Positions 58,960 to 64,000 of a stretch of 64,000 bases of DNA are shown in pieces. The stretch comes from Octopus vulgaris (Eukaryota). Each line of letters begins with the position of its first letter. Position 1 is the first letter of the stretch. The stretch lies in contig OX597838.1 in the NCBI GenBank assembly GCA_951406725.2, positions 26,970,001 to 27,034,000 of the forward strand, given 5' to 3'. A program made the position numbers and the translations under genes. The notes beneath the pieces are model-generated. The model ran no database searches. It saw only the letters and a program-made list of their open reading frames with translations, and was not told the DNA's origin.

Positions 58960-59340
58960 AAGCACTCCATCGGTTACGACGACGAGGGTTCTGGTTGATC
59001 CGATCAACGGAACAGCCTACTCGTGAAATTAACGTGTAAGTGGCTGAGCACTCCACAGACACGTGCACCCTTAACGTAGTTCTCGGGGATATTCAGCGTG
59101 ACACAGAGAGTGACAAGGCCGGCCCTTTGAAATACAGGTACAACAGAAACAGGAAGTAAGAGTGAGAGAAAGTTGTGGTGAAAGAGTACAGCAGGTATCA
59201 CCACCATCCCTGCCGGAGCCCCGTGGAGCTTTAGGTGTTTTTCGCTCAATAAACACTCACAACGCCCGGTCTGGGAATCGAAACCGCGATCCTACGACCG
59301 CGAGTCTGCTGCCCTAATCACTGGGCCATTGCGCCTCCAT
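58960..59340 (-). mobile_element. tRNA(Arg)-derived SINE, second body/tail type. Other copies: 20353-20735 +, 38795-39165 -; tail shared with 13597-13912 +
   Basis: Head ggcccagtg.ttagggcagc.gactcgcggtc (TCG anticodon position); tail ccctcgtcgtcgtaaccga.ggagtgc. Confidence 0.8.
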
Positions 59341-59479
59341 AGACAGAGAGACTATCTCTATAGACAAAGATCATTTGCACTGGGAGGAGTTGAATCACAT
59401 GAGAATGGAAGAACAAACAACAAACGGGTTGTACCTCTTAATGAGACTCTCTTAAAACATTCAAATGCCACTGTGATAG

Positions 59480-59950
59480 GTCAAATTAAGTACGTCATCA
59501 AGTACACACTGAAAGGAAATGACCAAGCTGCTATGATAATGAAATTAGAGAATATCTAATGGGTAGGCATATTGGACCATCCAAAGCAGTTACATCCAGT
59601 TTAGGATTTTCGGTTCATAAAAGAACTCCAATAGTGAGACTGCAAGTTTATCTACTTTATCTACGAGATGAACTAAGAAATTATGAGGAAATATATATGG
59701 CTGTCAATGAGCGATATGTGAGAACAACATTGATAGAATTCTTTTCATTGTGCATCAACAATGACTTTGCAAAAACATTACTTTATGCTGAAGTACCCGT
59801 GTATTTCACTTGGAACAAAGAATGGCAAAGAAGAAAGTGAGGGAAAAAAAAATTTAAGGCCATTTGAACGTTTTCAAAGAAGAAACTCTTGGTTGTGTTT
59901 ATCACACAAAAGAGAGGAGAACTGTATTATTTAAGAATTTTATTGCATGA
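59480..59950 (+). mobile_element. Helitron Rep/helicase remnant
   Basis: IKYVIKYTLKGND, MGRHIGPSKAV..GFSVHKR, TTLIEFFSLC..DFAKTLLYAEVPVYFTWNKEWQRRK match Helitron Rep-downstream motifs; stops and frameshifts present. Confidence 0.8.
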
Positions 59951-60436
59951 TGTTCAATAAAGTATTTTTTCCTTTTCCCATTGCGCATGGACATTTTCAA
60001 CTTGGAGTGGTTGTGACCCAACGGGTCATGAGGGGTACAACTAGGATATATATATATATATAGGCATGGATGTGGCTGTGTGTTAAGAAGCTTGCTTCCC
60101 AACCACATGGTTCTGGGTTTAGTCCTGTTGAGTGGCACCTTGGCCAAGTGTCTTCTACTATAGCCTCGGATTGATCAAAGCCTTGTAAATGGATTTGGAT
60201 GATGGAAACTAAAAGAAGATTGTCATATATAAATATACATGTGTGTGCATTTGTGTGTCTATATTTGTTGTCCCCCCACCCACTCACCTGATAACCGATG
60301 TTGGTAACTTAGCAGTTTGTCAAAAGAGACTGATAGAATAAGTTGTGCGCTTATAAAAAATAAATCCTGGTGTTGATTTGTTCAACTAAAGGTGGTTCTC
60401 CAAATGACTGAAACACATGAGAAAATTAGAGTAAAA

Positions 60437-60484
<48 letters not shown>

Positions 60485-61139
60485 GAGCAACCCCCCCCCC
60501 GTCCAATGGACGGTGCTGAGTTGTCAAACATTTAAACCAAATTTTCTCAAAACAACTTGTCCGACTGTCCCATAAGCCTCTCCTTTGAGAAACACTGATT
60601 TAACCTAAATTTGAGACACCAGCAAAAGAGGAAATAAAGATAGACTTTTTTCTATTCCAAGAAAAACGATTTTATTCACACAAATATGAAACCGAAGAGT
60701 TTAAAGTACCAGTAAGTAGATCGCAACAGCTGATGTATTTGCACGTACAAATGCACGTTTCCACGGCTTTATCGATTGCATTTTCACCTGAAATCGATTT
60801 TTGTAATTTTTTCAAGACTTATACATACCCTGATACTGGCGATATCTACATATCAATTTTGAGAGCAATCGGATGGAGGATGACCGAGATCCTAGAAGAC
60901 ACACACACTAACAGAACGGATTTTATATAATATATATATACACACACATATATATACAATTGCATTTTATAGCTTTTACAGCTTCTTAATAAAACTTTTA
61001 TATATGTATCTTTAAGCATAAATGTCTACAGATGACATATAAACATCAGTTAAACTGATCACTAAACACATACAATGTGTGTGTGTGTGTGTGTGTGCAC
61101 GTGTATGTGTGTGCACATGTGCGCAAACATATACTTGGT

Positions 61140-61600
61140 CTTATCAATATGTATCCAGACTGTTGCCATAGTAACGAAGCTAAAGCACGCAGTGTGTGAA
61201 GCTGCTTGGCACAGGTTGACCTTGAACTCTAAGTTTTAATGTTCCAGTTCACTTCTGTTGCTTGCAGCAGTGCTGGGAAGTAACGTGATCATCACATTGA
61301 CCACAGCAGAAAACGTTGAGCAGAGAATCTGCATCAAATTTTGCCAAAAGGGCTTGGTGATACCTACTCAGAGGCCTACGCAAAGTTTTCAAAAAGTTTC
61401 TTTCACAACTGAAACCTGAGTGACTTTTTGGTCAGCTGAAAGTGGTTTTGGCACAAACTTGGCAGACACACATCTCATACTCAATTCTTCAGTGATAATG
61501 GACTGAACTGAACCGTAACTAATCTGAACATCCTCTGATAACTCATGGATGGTGATTTGACGATTTCCCCTCACAGCTGCATACACATCTGCAATGTTTT
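61140..61600. mobile_element. Mariner transposon remnant with internal inversion
   Basis: Plus strand EQRICIKFCQK (transposase N-terminus); minus strand NRQITIHELSEDVQISYGSVQSIITEELSMRCVSAKFVPKPL (HTH and WVPR-like linker). Confidence 0.75.
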
Positions 61601-61649
61601 ACATGGTATATATATACATATACATATACATATATATATATATATATAT

Positions 61650-61845
61650 AAAGTTAATCCAAACATGAAAACACAACAACGCGAGGACGTGGAACAAATA
61701 TAGTATTATTGGACGCTCAGAAAGGAAGGGAAGAAGGAGGGTCTTATGTTTTGAGCGGAGCTCTTTGTTGGAAACATAGGAAAAGGAAAGATCCAAAGAA
61801 GGGAAGACGGAGGAAAAAAAATCGCCAATGGTACACACGCGGTCA
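61650..61845 (-). mobile_element. Family A element, hammerhead core decayed
   Basis: Homologous to 57080-57280, flanked by (TA)n; core reads CCAACAA..AAAACATA. Confidence 0.6.
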
Positions 61846-61881
61846 TATATATATATATATATAATCATACATATATATATG

Positions 61882-61929
<48 letters not shown>

Positions 61930-62987
61930 TACGTATATATGATGGGCTTCTTTCAGTTTCCATCTACCAAATCCCCTCACAAGGCTTTGGTTGGCCCAAG
62001 ACTGCACCCGGAACCATATGGTTGGGAAGCAAGCTTTTTACCACACAGCCTCCTGTGCCTAAGTATATATATATATACACACTCACACATACACACACAC
62101 ATACACACACACACACCTTTCTTGTATATTTCTAGAACACACCTCACTTTCTCTCTCTTCGTTTGTAAATATGTACGCATGTAATGTTTGTATATGTTGT
62201 TTATATTGAAGTGAAATAGATATATATATATATGTATAAACAGACAGGCACAGACGTAAACACAACACACAGACACACAATGTTTAGACAAAGCGATATA
62301 GAAATTGGTTGTACAGTGGACGGAAAACAGCAGTGGGTGTGTTAAGTAAAACTGGTCTGGGAGGTACGTAAAAGATAGGGTGGGGGCCTGCAGTTGGCCT
62401 AACTGTTGAACAGGAATGAATAATCGACACATACACACATGCGTATATACTTGGACATGTGTATGCAGACATACATGTACATACGTATATGTATGCACAC
62501 ACATACACACACACACAAATGGAAATGTACATGTATATACACATACACACACCTATACGTATATACATACATATAGACACATACACACAAATGGAAATGT
62601 ACATGCATATACACACACACATACATGCACACATACATACATACATACATACATACATACATACACACATGTATATACATGTATACGGACATACACGTAC
62701 AGACACGTATGCATGCAAACAGACAAATGGAAGTGTACATGTGTACACACATACATACACATGCACATACATACATACATTCATACACACGCACATACAT
62801 ACATACATATATACATGCATACATATATACACATATACGTACATACATTCATACATATGTACATATATACATACATTTAAATATATTTAGATATATATGA
62901 GCGTGTCTAGACATGCAACTTAGATTCGAACTCACAACCTCACGATCGTAAGCTTTACGCTCTAACCACTGAGTCATGCGCCTTCAC

Positions 62988-63038
<51 letters not shown>

Positions 63039-64000
63039 CTATGTTTGTCCCTCCAACATCGCTTGACAACCAACGCTGGTGTGTTTATGTCCCTGTAACT
63101 TAGCGGTTCGGCAAAAGAGACTGATAGAATAAGTACTAGGCGTACAAAGAATAAGTCCTGGGGTCGATTTGTTCAGCTAAAGGCGGTGCTCCAGCATGGC
63201 TGCAGTCAAATGACTGAAACGAACAAAATAGAATAAAAGAAATGTATTTAAGGTTAGCAGACAAGGAATGCTGCTCAAGAAGCTGCCTTCCAAGTCTTAT
63301 GATGTTATCAACCTGATGTATGCAAATTTGGTCAAGGGATGTAACTGTATGTATGTAGTGAATCCGAACAAGGAAGAACGAACAAGAAAAAACAATAATG
63401 CGAGGACACGGTACAAGTGCTGTATTATAAGACGCTCAGGAAAGGAAGGATGTACGTATGCATGTGTCTGTGTATGTATGCATGAATGAATGTATGTATG
63501 AATGTATGTATGAATGTATGTATGTATGTATGTATATATTATGTGTGTATGTATATATATTTCTTTACTACCCACAAGGGGCTAAACAAGGACAGACAAA
63601 CGGATTAAGTTGATTACATCGACCCCAGTGCGTAACTGGTACTTAATTTATTGACCCTGAAAGGATGAAAGGCAAAGTCGACCTCGGCGGAATTTGAACT
63701 CAGAACGTAACGGCAGACGAAATACGGCTACGCATTTCGCCCGGCGTGCTAACAGTTCTGCCAGCTCGCCGTGTGTATGTATATATTTTAATGTTTCACT
63801 TTGGTATAGTGATGCTAACAACCTGGTGTAAAGGACTGAATATACATATGTTTCAGAAAAAAAGTGTTGAGTACAGAACATAATATCAAATTAAATTTAT
63901 GAGAAAGGAACAGGAATTCATGCAGTGAGCTTCATTAGCTTACAGCTGTTTCTGCTATAAGACATTGTGGACTCAGAGCTGAGTACTTTTGCATCACCAT

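Overview
Repeat-dense, AT-rich animal genomic DNA, very likely a coleoid cephalopod (Octopus-type tRNA-derived SINEs, extreme microsatellite load). It holds one supportable protein-coding gene, a minus-strand MAPK7/ERK5 orthologue. I assembled 9 coding exons by hand (25195->7558, 3696 nt, 1231 aa), all with GT-AG junctions and matching phases. Its activation loop reads T-H-Y instead of T-E-Y. A CpG/ETS/CRE promoter-like island with a splice donor at ~46.7-46.9 kb is the best candidate first exon. The rest is SINEs, LINE fragments (RTE, CR1-like, R4/Dong), Helitron and mariner remnants, MITEs, minisatellites and long inverted repeats. The main unexpected signal is about a dozen minimal type I hammerhead-ribozyme motifs (CUGANGA...GAAA...UH with palindromic stem III), mostly carried by several distinct 160-200 bp elements sitting in (TA)n tracts. 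They resemble Penelope pseudo-LTRs or non-LTR retrozymes, include recurrent non-canonical cores (CUGUNGA, CCGACGA), and several lie in sense orientation inside the MAPK7 transcription unit. Most ORFs in the supplied track are microsatellite or SINE artefacts. All calls are by eye; no searches were run.
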